NCBI RefSeq assembly: GCF_009914755.1
Contig: NC_060929.1
Origin: the human T2T-CHM13v2.0 reference genome, Homo sapiens
Direction: 5' to 3' (one strand)
DNA: 64,000 nt
Position numbers and translations under genes: made by a program. Below the pieces are notes generated by a model that saw only the letters and a list, made by a program, of their open reading frames with translations, was not told where the DNA came from and did not search any database. The first letter of the stretch is position 1. Each line of letters starts with the position of its first letter. Below, piece after piece: positions 1-29,878 of this stretch.

Positions 1-5589
<5,589 letters not shown>

Positions 5590-6091
5590 CGTCTCTTACG
5601 CGGTCCGGCGTCGAAACAAACTGCAAAGCGGGGAGGACCAGAACTGAGAGCGCCAATTAAGCTGTCCTTCGCCTCCGAGGCGCGCCCGGGCCCGCACCGC
5701 CCCCCCACGGAGCAAAAACCGGGCGGATGCACCCACCCCGGCGACTCCAACACCTCCTCGTCCGGCGACCGGACCCCCAAAGCTGTCCTGAGCAACAGCT
5801 GTCGGCGCCCCGAACCGTGGGGGCCCGGGCCGAGAGCCAGCGTAGAGGAAAGGAAATGGCGGCGGCCGCTTCCGCTCCGCCTCCTCCGACTTCTCACACA
5901 ATAGAGTCGGCGCGGCCTGCAGGCCTCAGCGGCGGTGCCGAGATTCAGCGAACCACTCGCGGCTCTCGACGGCAGCCTGCAGCTCGCCAAGGTCCCCGTG
6001 GCCCTCCCAGAGATATGGGGACAAACAATCCTCGCAAAAACGGTACCCACCGTGGTCGCTGAACTGCAAGCGAGGACCCACCGCGACTCAC

Positions 6092-6135
6092 CTAGACACG
6101 CGACTTCTGCGTGGCTAAGACGAAATGGCCAGCGG
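6092..6135 (-). other. HNRNPH1: HNRNPH1 non-coding first exon (5' end approximate)
   Basis: GCCATTTCGTCTTAGCCACGCAGAAGTCGCGTGTCTAG|gtgagt donor at 6091; YY1-like GCCATTT at the start. Confidence 0.8.
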
Positions 6136-7632
6136 GCGCCTGCGCAACCTAAATAAGGTCCCTTGTGCGAGTTCTGCGCACGCGCAGCCAGCTGCCCGCA
6201 CCGCCCCGTTGCGTCACAAAGAGCTCTGGCGCATGCGTAATTTCAAGAGCCAGCCCACCTCCCGCCGGCGGATTATTACACGCTTGGGTTTTGGGCTCAG
6301 CACCCCCACCCATAAACCCGCCGGGCTTTTTGTTGCGCCTGCGCCTTCCCGCGAATATTGAACTTCGGAGTCCTAGCGGTTTATAATTATTTCATGCGCA
6401 TGCGTCTTCCTTGAAACCGTTCTCTAGCCTTACCCGCCAGCGTGGGGGAGGGGAATGGCGGCCGCCTGTTCCCTATGGGACTGTATAGGAGTCCCGAGCT
6501 CTGGGTTGTGATGAGGTGGGCGTCTTTCTACCCCTTGCCCCCAGGCTCTTACCGGCGCGCTCCTGGCCGACCTGAAAGGAGGGGCGCGGCCTTCAGGCGT
6601 TCCCACTCCCCGCGCCGCCTGTCTTCCCTTTATCCCCAAACCGGCCGAAGCTGGTCAGCTGCAGATTGTCGAACGTCCTGGGAGCTGCGGGGCTGCGGAC
6701 GTCCCGCGCCCGAAGCCACCCGGATGGTGCCTGGGGCACGTCCCAGCCCTGTGTGCCTCCACTTCCCCTTACCTGCCGTCGTCGGGCCTAGGGCCCCGGT
6801 CGGCGCGAGGTTTCCGTGCCTGTGGCTCGCGCCTGTACCCAGCTTTTGCCTAACGAATTCGCACCCTGTGTACCCCTTGACCCGCCTAACGGTCGGCAGG
6901 CCTTGACTGCCCTGGGGCCCTGGCACGAGGAGGGATCGCGAGCGCGGGCTCCACGGGTGCGCGCCGGCCTCTGCGCTCGGTAGGTTACCGCTGCATCTCC
7001 CAGAGCAGAATTGGTAAGAGTGCGTCCATTCACCAGGCGTAGACGCTGCATTCGAGGAGGCCCCCGGGTCACCCCATGTGCACACATGCTGCGAGATGAC
7101 TAATGTTCGTGGTTTCTAGCAGCACTGCCCAAAACCTAAGATGCCGTAGCCTCCCAGGCCTCCCCATGTCTGATTTGGCTGCCTTCCTCACCCCAGCTTT
7201 AGTGGACACAGACAATACACAAATTAACAATAAGGTAGTGCTGGACCCTGCCGCAGAGCTACCTTAGCTAGTGCAAGCCTGAGTGCCACCCTGGGAAGAT
7301 GCGGACAAAGCATGTTTCCAACCCCAGTGCCACAGAGTCCGAATCCAGTTTTGACAGGTTTGAGAAAAAGTAGAGAGGACATCAAAAGAAAGACAGGAGC
7401 CCAGAGCTAAGCAGGGCCTGATCTTCAAAGGCCACTTAGGCCTTGGCAAGGGTGTTATCTCCGAGAGAAGGCTTTGGCAGGTGATCAGCAGGGGAGCCGT
7501 AAACCCTGTGTAAAGGAAAACTCTTGCTGGATGTGAGGGGGATGCAGATGGAGCAGGCAGGGTGAATGACGGTACATACCAGGCCCTCTACTACAAACTG
7601 AACTAGAAGCACACACCTGTGGTACCATTTCA

Positions 7633-7929
<297 letters not shown>

Positions 7930-7932
7930 CTA

Positions 7933-8118
<186 letters not shown>

Positions 8119-8392
8119 TCAAAAAAAAAAAAAAAAAGAATAGTAGTAAGGTAGAATACATTTCATACACTTATAGCCAATTCTCTTATATATAAATTGT
8201 CCAACTTATATTAAAACAAGGTTTTTAAATTTTTATTTTTTATTTGTTTGTTTGAGACACAGCGCGTCACCCAGGCTGGAGTGCAGTGGTGCAAACATGG
8301 CTCACCACAGCCTCTACCTTCTGGGCTCAAACAATCCTCCTGCCTCAGCCTCCTGAGTAGGTAGGACCACAGGCATGTGCCACCTTGCTCAG

Positions 8393-8432
<40 letters not shown>

Positions 8433-8748
8433 TTTTTTGTAGCAATGGGGTCTCATTTTGTTGCCCAGGCTGGTCTTGAATTCTTGGGCTCAAGGAATCA
8501 TTCCACCTCAGCCTCGCAGAGAAAGTGCTGGGATTACAGGTGTGAGCCACCATGGCTGGCAATGAAAGGTTTTTTTGTTTGGTTTTGTTTTTGAGACAGT
8601 CTAACTCTGTCACCCAGGCTGGAGTACAGTGGTGCAATCTTGGCTCACTGCAACCTCTGCCTCCTAGGTTCAAGCAATTCTCATGCCTTAGCCTCCCAAG
8701 TAGAGGGATTACAGGTGTGTGCCACCACACCTGGCTACTTTTTTTTAA

Positions 8749-9021
<273 letters not shown>

Positions 9022-9078
9022 TAAAAATACAAAAAGTAGCCGGGCATGGTGTCGCGTGCCTGTAATCCCAGCTACTCA

Positions 9079-9183
<105 letters not shown>

Positions 9184-9264
9184 TTAAAAAAAAAAAAAAA
9201 AATTCATCATCTTGCCTCAGTGGTCTTTATGTCTTGGTATACTTCTTTTTTTTTTTTTTTTTGA

Positions 9265-9372
<108 letters not shown>

Positions 9373-9968
9373 TAGAGTAGCTGGGACGACAGGCGCCCGC
9401 CACCACGCCCAGCTAATTTTCTTGTATTTTTACTAGAGACGGGGTTTCACCGTGTTAGCCAGGATGGTCTCGATCTCCTAACCTCATGATCCGCCCACCT
9501 CGGGCTCCCAAAGTGCTGGGATTATAGGTGTGAGCCACTGCGCCCGGCTAATGTCTTCGTATACTTCTTACAGTTTACAGAGCTCTTTATTAAGGCTGTT
9601 AGCCCTTAGGATAGTTGCCCCAGACATTCTTCTCAGTTTGCTTACCTTTTAATTATTTTTGTGGTTTTGTGGTGGTATTTTTTGTTTGTTTTACAGACAA
9701 TGTCTTGTTCCGTGCAGTGACACAATCATAACTCACTGCAGCCTTGAACTCCTGGGCTCAAGCCATCCTCCAAGCTCAGCCTCCTGAGTAGCTGGGACTA
9801 AAGGCACTTTCAACCAGGCCCGACTAATTTTTTTTTTTTTTGTAGTGATGGGGGTCTCACTATGTTGCCCAGGCTAGTCTTGAATTCCTGGCGTCAAGCA
9901 ATTCTCCCACCTTGGCCTCTCAAAGCCCTGGGATTATTCTACATGTGAGCCATGATGCTCGGCCCTGA

Positions 9969-10173
<205 letters not shown>

Positions 10174-10195
10174 TAACTTGATGTCAGGAGTTTCA

Positions 10196-10432
<237 letters not shown>

Positions 10433-10785
10433 TTACAGGCATGCACCATCACACCCGGCTAATTTTTGTATTTTTAGTAGAGATGGGGTTTCACCATGTT
10501 GGCCAGGTTGATCTGGAACTCCGAACCTCAAGTGATCCATCCACCTTAGCCTCCCAAAGTGCTGTGATTACAGGTGTGAGCCACTGCACCCGGCCTATGA
10601 TTGCTTTTTAATATTTGGACATATAGAAGTTTTAAATTTCTTGATGTCAAAGCCATGGATATGTTCCTTTGAGGTTTGTCTTTAAGTTTAGAAAGCCCTT
10701 TCCCATCCAGAGATTGAGCACATATTTGTTATCTTTAGTATCATTTGTAAGACACATTTTGTACAGCTTAGCCTCAATAAGATAG

Positions 10786-11040
<255 letters not shown>

Positions 11041-11150
11041 TGATCCACCCACCTCAGCCTCCCAAATTGCTGGGATTACACGCATGAGCCACCGCACCTG
11101 GCCAGGAATGTGTTTTAAAACCAATGATATCAGCTGGGCATGGTGGCTCA

Positions 11151-11426
<276 letters not shown>

Positions 11427-11567
11427 CTAGGTGACAGAGCGAGACTGTGCCTCAAAGAAAAGAAAATAAATGCAATCATAAATAACCCGGCCGGGTGCGG
11501 TGGCTCACGCCTGTAATCCCAGCACTTTGGGAGGCCGAGGCGGGCGGATCACGAGGTCAGCAGATCA

Positions 11568-13109
<1,542 letters not shown>

Positions 13110-13349
13110 TCAGCTACTTGGAGGCTGAGGCAGGAGAATCACTTGAACCTGGGAGGCGGAGGTTGCAGTGAGACTAGATCACGCCACTACACTCGAGCCT
13201 CGGTGACAGAACGACTCTGTCTCAAAATAAAACAAAAAAACAGAACCCTGAGATTTGCAAAAGAAAATATGCAGATGACCGGGCTCATGCCTGTAATCCC
13301 AGCACTTTGGGAGGCCAAGGTGGGTGGATTACCTGAGGTCGGGAGTTCA

Positions 13350-13700
<351 letters not shown>

Positions 13701-13944
13701 TTAAAAGAGTAATTAAGAGAGCTGGAAAGGATGCAGGGAGATGCCATCAAGGTACATTGTGCTTGGAGTGTAAATTGGTACACCCTCTCGCTCAGGGCTA
13801 TTTGCAGTATAAATGCATACATTTCGGCCTGACGCGGGGGCTCACGCCTGTAATCCCAGCACTTTGGAGGGCCGAGGTGGGCGGATCACAAGGTCAAGAG
13901 ATTGAGATCATCCTGGTCAACATGGTGAAACCCCGTCTCTACTA

Positions 13945-14170
<226 letters not shown>

Positions 14171-14467
14171 TCATTAAAGCATACATTCCATTCCTACTTT
14201 TGCACTGATTTAATTACAAGATTGTTCATGGCAGCATGAAATAGGGAAGCTTTAGAAAACAATTTAATGTCTAATGAAGTATGGAATAAATTCTGGTATG
14301 AATGCATGGGGGTAGTGGGATGGGGAGGCTGTGAGGGGGAAGGAAATAAATCTTAGGTAACATAATGGTTGTGGGTCCAAAGGGCCACAGGACATGAAAA
14401 GATATACGTTACGGTATATCTATGTTATTAAAATATCATGTGGTGGGAAACTAGGAAAAAAGATCTA

Positions 14468-14647
<180 letters not shown>

Positions 14648-14777
14648 TTAAAAACATGCTGGGCGCGGTGGCTCACACCTGTAATCCTAGCACTTTGGGA
14701 GGCCGAGGCAGGCAAATTACCTGAGGTCGGGAGTTCAAGACCAGCCTGGCCAACATGGTGAAACCCCGCCTCTATTA

Positions 14778-14961
<184 letters not shown>

Positions 14962-15217
14962 TTAGCCAGGCCTGGTGGCACATGCCTGTAGTTCCAGCTA
15001 CTCAGGAGGTTGAGGTGGGAGGATCGCTTGAGCCCAGGAGGTGGAGGATGCAGTGAGCTGAGATCGCGCCCCTTAACTCCAACCTAGGCAAAGTGGGGAG
15101 ACCCTCTCTCAAAACAAACAAACTTTAAATTTCTGAGTGATAAACAGCATCGGCCGCCTCCGGGACCTGCTCGGGTGGTACACTGCAAGCTGCGGAGACT
15201 TAAGAAAAGGGCGTCTC

Positions 15218-16256
<1,039 letters not shown>

Positions 16257-16515
16257 TGATCAAGATGATCTCAATCTCTTGACCTCGTGATCCACCTGCC
16301 TCAGCCTCCCAAAGTGCTGGGATTACAGGCGTGAGCCACCATGCCCAGTTAATTTTTGTATTTTCAGTAGAGATGGGGTTTCACCATGTTGGTCATGCTG
16401 GTGTTGAACTCCAGAGATCAGGTAATCCGCCGCCTCAGCCTCCCGAAGTGTTGGGATTACAGGTGTGAGCCACCACGCCCGGCCTGTTTGTTTGTTTGTT
16501 TGTTTGTTTGTTTGA

Positions 16516-16656
<141 letters not shown>

Positions 16657-16948
16657 TAATTTTTTTTTTTTTTTTTTTTTGTATTTTTAGTAGAGACGGG
16701 GTTTCACCGTGTCAGCCGGGATGGTATCCATCTCCTGACCTCGTGATCCACCTGCCTTGGCCTCCCAAAGTGCTGGGATTACGGGCTTGAGCCACCGTGC
16801 CCTGCCTGTCCAAAAAATAAAATAAAAAGCCAGGCGCAGTGGCTCATGCCTGCAATATTAGCACTTTGGGAGGCCGAGGTGGGCAGATTGCCTAAGCTCA
16901 GTAGTTTGAGACCAGCCTGGGCAACACGGTGAAACCCTGTCCCTACTA

Positions 16949-17215
<267 letters not shown>

Positions 17216-17274
17216 TCAGGGTCCCCTCCCACAGGCGGCTACTGAGGTCATTTTATCAGGCCCCCTGGGCTCAC

Positions 17275-17900
17275 CTTTTGTTCCATCCCGCACAGGTGAG
17301 CCGTCTGGGCAGGCTTTGGCCAGCTTCGCGCAGGTGCCACTGCACAGACTCTCCCTTCAGAGCAGCGCTGGAGGACGGGGTCAGGAGTCAGTGCACAAAT
17401 CCCTCCTGTCCTTGGGGCCGGGCAGCCACCGCGGCGGGGAGACCCCTCGCTAAGGAGGAGTGTTGGTGTTGCCTCTACTCGCCGGGTCGCCCAGGGCCCT
17501 TCACTTCCGAATCAACTCCCCACAGCCGCTGCTTTCAGGGGAAGCCAAGCCAAGTCACATACGGCACGCGCACTGGATCAAAATAATACACGCCTCGACA
17601 TGCGCCAGACGGTATGTCTAGTATTTAAAGAGCAGGGCTGAAAATGAAAGGTCCTTACCCGGCTTCCTTGCGATTTTCCCACTGCTTCCCCGCGCCAGGG
17701 CCGCCTCCTCCGCGGTGCGCGGGAGTTCGGGGAGCGCGCGCCCCCTGCCGGCCGGCCGGAGCGCGGGGCGGGTTTCGCGCCCTCGGTGACCTGGTAGAGC
17801 TTGGAATTGCTTCGCTTGTTCTCGCCCGAGGCTACTTTGAGGTTCTAAGTGACTCCCCGTTCCCCGGGTGCCTCGCCGTCGAGAAGCCCAAAGCTTCTCC
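17275..17900 (-). promoter_or_regulatory. CpG-island promoter and candidate first exon pointing toward HNRNPH1 (candidate distal TSS)
   Basis: GC box, TATA-like TTTAAATA (minus strand, 17622-17629), ETS motif CGGAAGTG, donor AAG|gtgagc at 17274. Confidence 0.65.
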
Positions 17901-18223
17901 ATCTCCAGCGCTGGATGAGGCTCCCCTAGTTTTCCTTCTGCCCAGATACCCTGTGCTCTCACACAGGTCGTGCTGATGGCGGGGAACCGGGACTGCCGTT
18001 GTACGTGGCCTGGAGCTCACTTCCGCTCTCCGCCTCGCTGGACCTCTGACCGCAGGTCTCTGAGTCTGTTTCTTGGAGATTTGGGATAGCTGGGAGGCCC
18101 CCATGAGAGCGAGACGGTGAAGCTACCAGCAATGGGGTCTGGTTCTGATGTAGCCATTGACCCCAGCTTGCACAGCTGAGCTTGCACATTCCTCCTCTCC
18201 TCCCCAGCCCCTGCCCCCGCTCC

Positions 18224-18318
18224 CAGCTGTGGCTGCCCCATGTCCTCTCCAGACCACCCCGCACAGCTGTGGCTGCCCCATGTCCTCTCCAGACCACCCC
18301 GCACAGCTGTGGCTGCCC
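18224..18318 (+). repeat. 40-bp tandem repeat, about 2.4 copies (mirror copy at ~40639-40733)
   Basis: Unit cagctgtggctgccccatgtcctctccagaccaccccgca starts at 18224, 18264 and 18304. Confidence 0.9.
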
Positions 18319-18418
18319 TCCCAGCCTCCCTCTCACACCGCTCTGTGTGACTTTGTCCTGTGCTTGCTCCTGACACATGGACTTCGCTTTATCTTTCTTT
18401 TTTTTTTTTTAATTTTAA

Positions 18419-18601
<183 letters not shown>

Positions 18602-18932
18602 TAGTAGAGACAGGGGTTCTCCATGTTGATCAGGCTGGTCTCGAACTCCTGACCTCAGGTGAACCGCCCACCTCAGCCTCCCAAACTGCTGGGATTGCAG
18701 GCATGAGCCACCGCGCCCGGCCTCAATTTATCTTTTATACTTGCCCAGGGCCAAAGGGAAGTCTTACATTAGTCAAACTCACCAGATTCAGTAAAAACTC
18801 AACCCTAAAATAATTATTTGAGACCGTGCAGTGGCTCACGCCTATAAGCCCAACAATTTGGAAGGCTCAGAGGTAGGCTTACTTGAGCCCAGGACCTCAA
18901 GACCAGCCCAGGGGGCCAGGCGCCGTGGCTCA

Positions 18933-19274
<342 letters not shown>

Positions 19275-19463
19275 TTACTTGGGTGTGGTGGCACCTGCCT
19301 GTGGTCCCAGCCAGCTGGGAAGTTGAGATGGGAGGATAGCTTGGGCCCAGGAGTTGGAGGCTCCAGTGAACTGTGATTGTGCCACTGGACTCCAGCCTGG
19401 GTGACACAGCAAGATTCCACTTCTAAAAAATAATTATAATCTGTCAAATTTCGGGACAGATAA

Positions 19464-19619
<156 letters not shown>

Positions 19620-20408
19620 TAGCTGGGATTACAGGCGCGTGCCACCATACTCAGCTAATTTTTGTATTTTTAATAGAGATGGGGTTTCACCATGTTGGTC
19701 AGGCTGGTCTCGAACTCTTGACCTCGTGATCCGCCCACCTAGGCCTCCCAAAGTGCTGGGATTACAGGGGTGAACCATCCCGCCTGGCCAAGTTTTTATT
19801 TTAACAACTACTGTGTGTGAGAGAAGGGGGTGGGCTAGAGTAGGGTAATATGTACACGCTATGGCTGAAACAGAAAAATGGTAACTTTATTTTCTACTTC
19901 CCAGCATGCCCTGCTCTGAGCCCTCATTCCTAGTGAAGGTGGAAACAGAGCAAACTTGCTCTTGTATGGATTTAATTTAGTCTTTTTTTGTAATTACTCA
20001 GCCTTTCAGGTTGCTTTCTTCTCCGCTGCTCATTCTGTAGCAGACACTGGGTTGCCTACATAATCCCTTTTCCCCATTCTTTGCCAAGACCTCTGACTTT
20101 CTTTGGGATCCACCCTTGGAGAAGGTGCCTCTTGTCCTGGTTCAGGGACATATCCTGACGTGTCTAAGCCAATCACTGTAATGCCATTTCTCTCACCTCG
20201 GTTGGCTGGGGTGTGCATGAGACCAATTTCTGACCATGAAAACTCATGGATGTCTGCCATGGGGTCCATTCTTGAAAAGAAACACAAGTGGTCGGGCGCA
20301 GTGGCTCACGCCTGTAATCCCAGCACTTTGGGAGGCCGAGGCAGGCGCATCACGAGTTCAGGAGATCGAGACCATCCTGGCTAACACGGTGAAACCCCGT
20401 CTCTACTA

Positions 20409-24495
<4,087 letters not shown>

Positions 24496-24806
24496 TTAAC
24501 ACTTGAATAAGTGGACTGCAAAGCAAAGACGCTCAGTCTGGCCAGGAGGGGGTGACTACCTCCCACAGGCCCCCGAGTGGTGGGTGCATCCCACGCCAAC
24601 CTCTCCTGGCCGGGCTGTCCCCTGGTAAAATGAGGTGGGAGCACTGGCCAGCAGATGAGGGCAGAATCCCACCCTCCTGGCCCCACAAAAGGATGGAGCC
24701 CTGTGCAGCAAAGACTTCAGGAGGCGGCCAGATGTGGTGGCTTATGCCTGTAATTCCAGCACTTTGGGAGGCCAGGGCAGGCGGATCATCTGAGGTCAGG
24801 AATTTA

Positions 24807-25938
<1,132 letters not shown>

Positions 25939-27014
25939 CTCCCGGAGGCGTCGTCCCTGGGAGCTTTTCTCCAGCCTCATAGCCCGCCTTGCGCCCAAGT
26001 GACAGCACGTAGCTTTCCTTTTGTGAGGGGAGCCCACAGGATTCACTCCCTTTTCCTATTTCCTCCGGGGTGAAGCCTCATGTGTCGGGACAATGTGGGA
26101 TCAGGGACTGTCTGGGTGACCCTGGCGAGCCTCTCCTCACGGAGTTCTAGCGGCCATCAGGGAAAGGGGAGCACGCCCAGGGCAGCCGCCCCCAGGGGTG
26201 TTTGGATACAGGCCAGGAGCAGGCTGCTCTGTGATGGTGGGGCGGGGGGTGATGAGACTCCCCTGAGAGGCTCCCTTGGGCGCTGGAAAGATGGGACATG
26301 GGGAACCACCTCCTGCCTGGACCAGTTGATGCCCAGAGCCACTCCCCTGGGTCCTCATAGCTCCTTCCAGGAAGTGGGGATGTGGGTTTCCAGGGGAATC
26401 CAGGCCTTTAGGGAGAGTGGGAATCTGACTTTGGTCTTGCAGCTCCGCATTTTTCCTGCACATTTGCTGATTAGTTTATGCCTGTCAGGGGCCTCAGGGC
26501 CAGTGCTCAGTCCCAGGGTCTTAGGGTAGAAAAGATGATTCCCCAGATTTCCTGCAGGCATTTGAGCATGGTGGAAGGATCAGTGGAGCCTCCAGTGAAA
26601 CTTGGCAGATTGCGCACTTCATTTATTTTCACTCTCCCAGGATCCTTCCCAAATTATCATAAATAAACAGAGAATTCTGAAACCTACAAAGAAAAATACA
26701 GCAAAAGAACAATGAATCAGTTTCAAAGCCTAGGCAGAGAGGCCGTAGGGTGACTGACAGCAGCCCCTGTGGGACTGGAGAGCAGACGGTTTGGTGGAAA
26801 CGGCGCCCAGTTCCACAGAGGGAACTTGAGGAGAAGCAAAGTGACTGAGCCAGCAGAGCCGGGCCCCAGACCCCCACCCCAGCCTGTAGGAGCTGCAGGT
26901 GTGATCTGGGAACACACTGTTCTGTCCCTTCTATTTTTCTCTTCATATAAGCTCTGGTTCTAGAAACAACTCACCTGCAGCCCGCTGTCTGGACCAGAAC
27001 GTGGTAATGGGGCT

Positions 27015-27110
27015 GGACTATTTACAGGCCCATTGTGACTATTTACAGCCCTACTTACAGGCTGTACCACGGCCATCTCCCAGCACGTGCTCAGCTATGA
27101 CGTCAAAATA
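27015..27110. promoter_or_regulatory. Candidate promoter: full CRE plus E-box and two ctatttacag motifs
   Basis: TGACGTCA 27098-27105; CACGTG 27084-27089; downstream minus-strand donor CAG|gtgagt at ~26974 and strong acceptor at 26684. Confidence 0.45.
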
Positions 27111-27324
27111 AGGTAGAGCCGGCTGGATGAGGTGGGGCAGGGGAACCGGAGCTGTACACACAAGTGGTGGGGGCTCAGGGGCTCAATACTGTCTGGGGCC
27201 AGGGCTGTAAACATGGCTGGGGTGGCCCCTGTGTCATGGGGAGGAAGCCCGTGGGGGAAATGTCATTCTCATCACATCACATCACACCAAGGGTACCTGC
27301 TATTAACATGGCTTATCGCTTTTT

Positions 27325-27500
27325 AAAACATTTGAGATTCAGTGGGTGCATGCGCAGGTTTGTTACATGGATAAACCGTGTGGTGCTGAGGTTTGGGCTT
27401 CTAGTGAACCTGTCACTCAGATAGTGAAGACAGTGCCCAACAGGCAGTTTTTCAGCCCTTCCCCTGCTCCCGCTCTCCACACTTTTTGAGTTTCTAGTCA
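27325..27500 (-). mobile_element. L1PA/L1PB-type 3' end fragment
   Basis: gtgcatgcgcaggtttgttacatggataa...gctgaggtttggg...cccaacaggcagtttttcagccctt matches an L1P 3' terminus in antisense. Confidence 0.7.
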
Positions 27501-27757
27501 CTTTTTTTTTTTTTGAGATGGAGTCTCTGTTGCCCAGGCGCTGGGACTACAGGCACCCGCCACCATGCCCGGCTAATTTTTTGTATTTTTAGTAGAGATG
27601 GGGTTTCACCGTGTTAGCCAGGATGGTCTCGATCTCCTGACCTCGTGATCCAGCCGCCTCGGCCTCCCAAAGTGCTGGGATCATGTAGGGTATGATCTCG
27701 GTGCCCTGCAACCTCCGCCTCCCGGGTTCAAGTGATTCTCCTGCCTCAGCCTCCTGA

Positions 27758-27967
<210 letters not shown>

Positions 27968-28481
27968 TGATGATTCCCACATTTAAAATATCCAGCCAAA
28001 GCTCTCGGCCAATTTCTAGATTGTTCCTGTGCTTCCACAGCTTCTAGTGCCACTGGTATGTCTGACACCATCTTACGTTTAAGGTCAAAAGATTTCTGAA
28101 GCCCCCACACAACTCAAACCCAACTGCTCCCCCAGTGTTTTCCATCTCAGTCAAAGTAGCATCCTTCCCTCCCTTCCCCACCCACCCCGCAATTTACCTA
28201 GTTCCCTGGCCCCAGGTTCTCTCAGTGCCCACATGAGCAAGACCAGCTGGCTTTATCTTCAAAATAGACCCCGAACCTGTCTGCAGTATTTCCACCCTAG
28301 TCCAAGCAACCCGCAACCTTCCTGTCTGGATTCTTGTACCTGCTTCCTACAGGGCATCTCTGCTTCTACTCTTGCCCCCACTCCCCCACATAATCTTTAC
28401 ATGGATTTTTTAAAATAGGTAAATCAGACCATGCCACTTCCCTTCCCAGAGCCCTGCGGTGCTTTCTCATCATTAGAATAA

Positions 28482-28742
<261 letters not shown>

Positions 28743-28969
28743 TAGCCAGGATGGTCTCAATCTCCTGACCTCGTGATCCTCCCACCTTAGCCTCCCGAAG
28801 TGCTGGGATTACAGGTGTGAGTCACCGTGACCAGCTCTGACTTCCTTTTCTAATGCTGGAGACAGAGGTGACCCTGTGGAGACGTGGACCCTCTATTAGG
28901 TGGAGGGGAGAGGAGGAAAGAGACGGAGGGAGGGAGGGAAGAAAGGGAGAAAACACCAATAACTCAAAG

Positions 28970-29878
<909 letters not shown>

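Noticed and set aside
26100-26560. Possible exon 1/2 equivalents of the left SPATA31-like paralog
   Set aside because: Only faint similarity to C5orf60 intron 2 by eye; I could not identify a TM-encoding exon or a 58-nt exon with splice sites.
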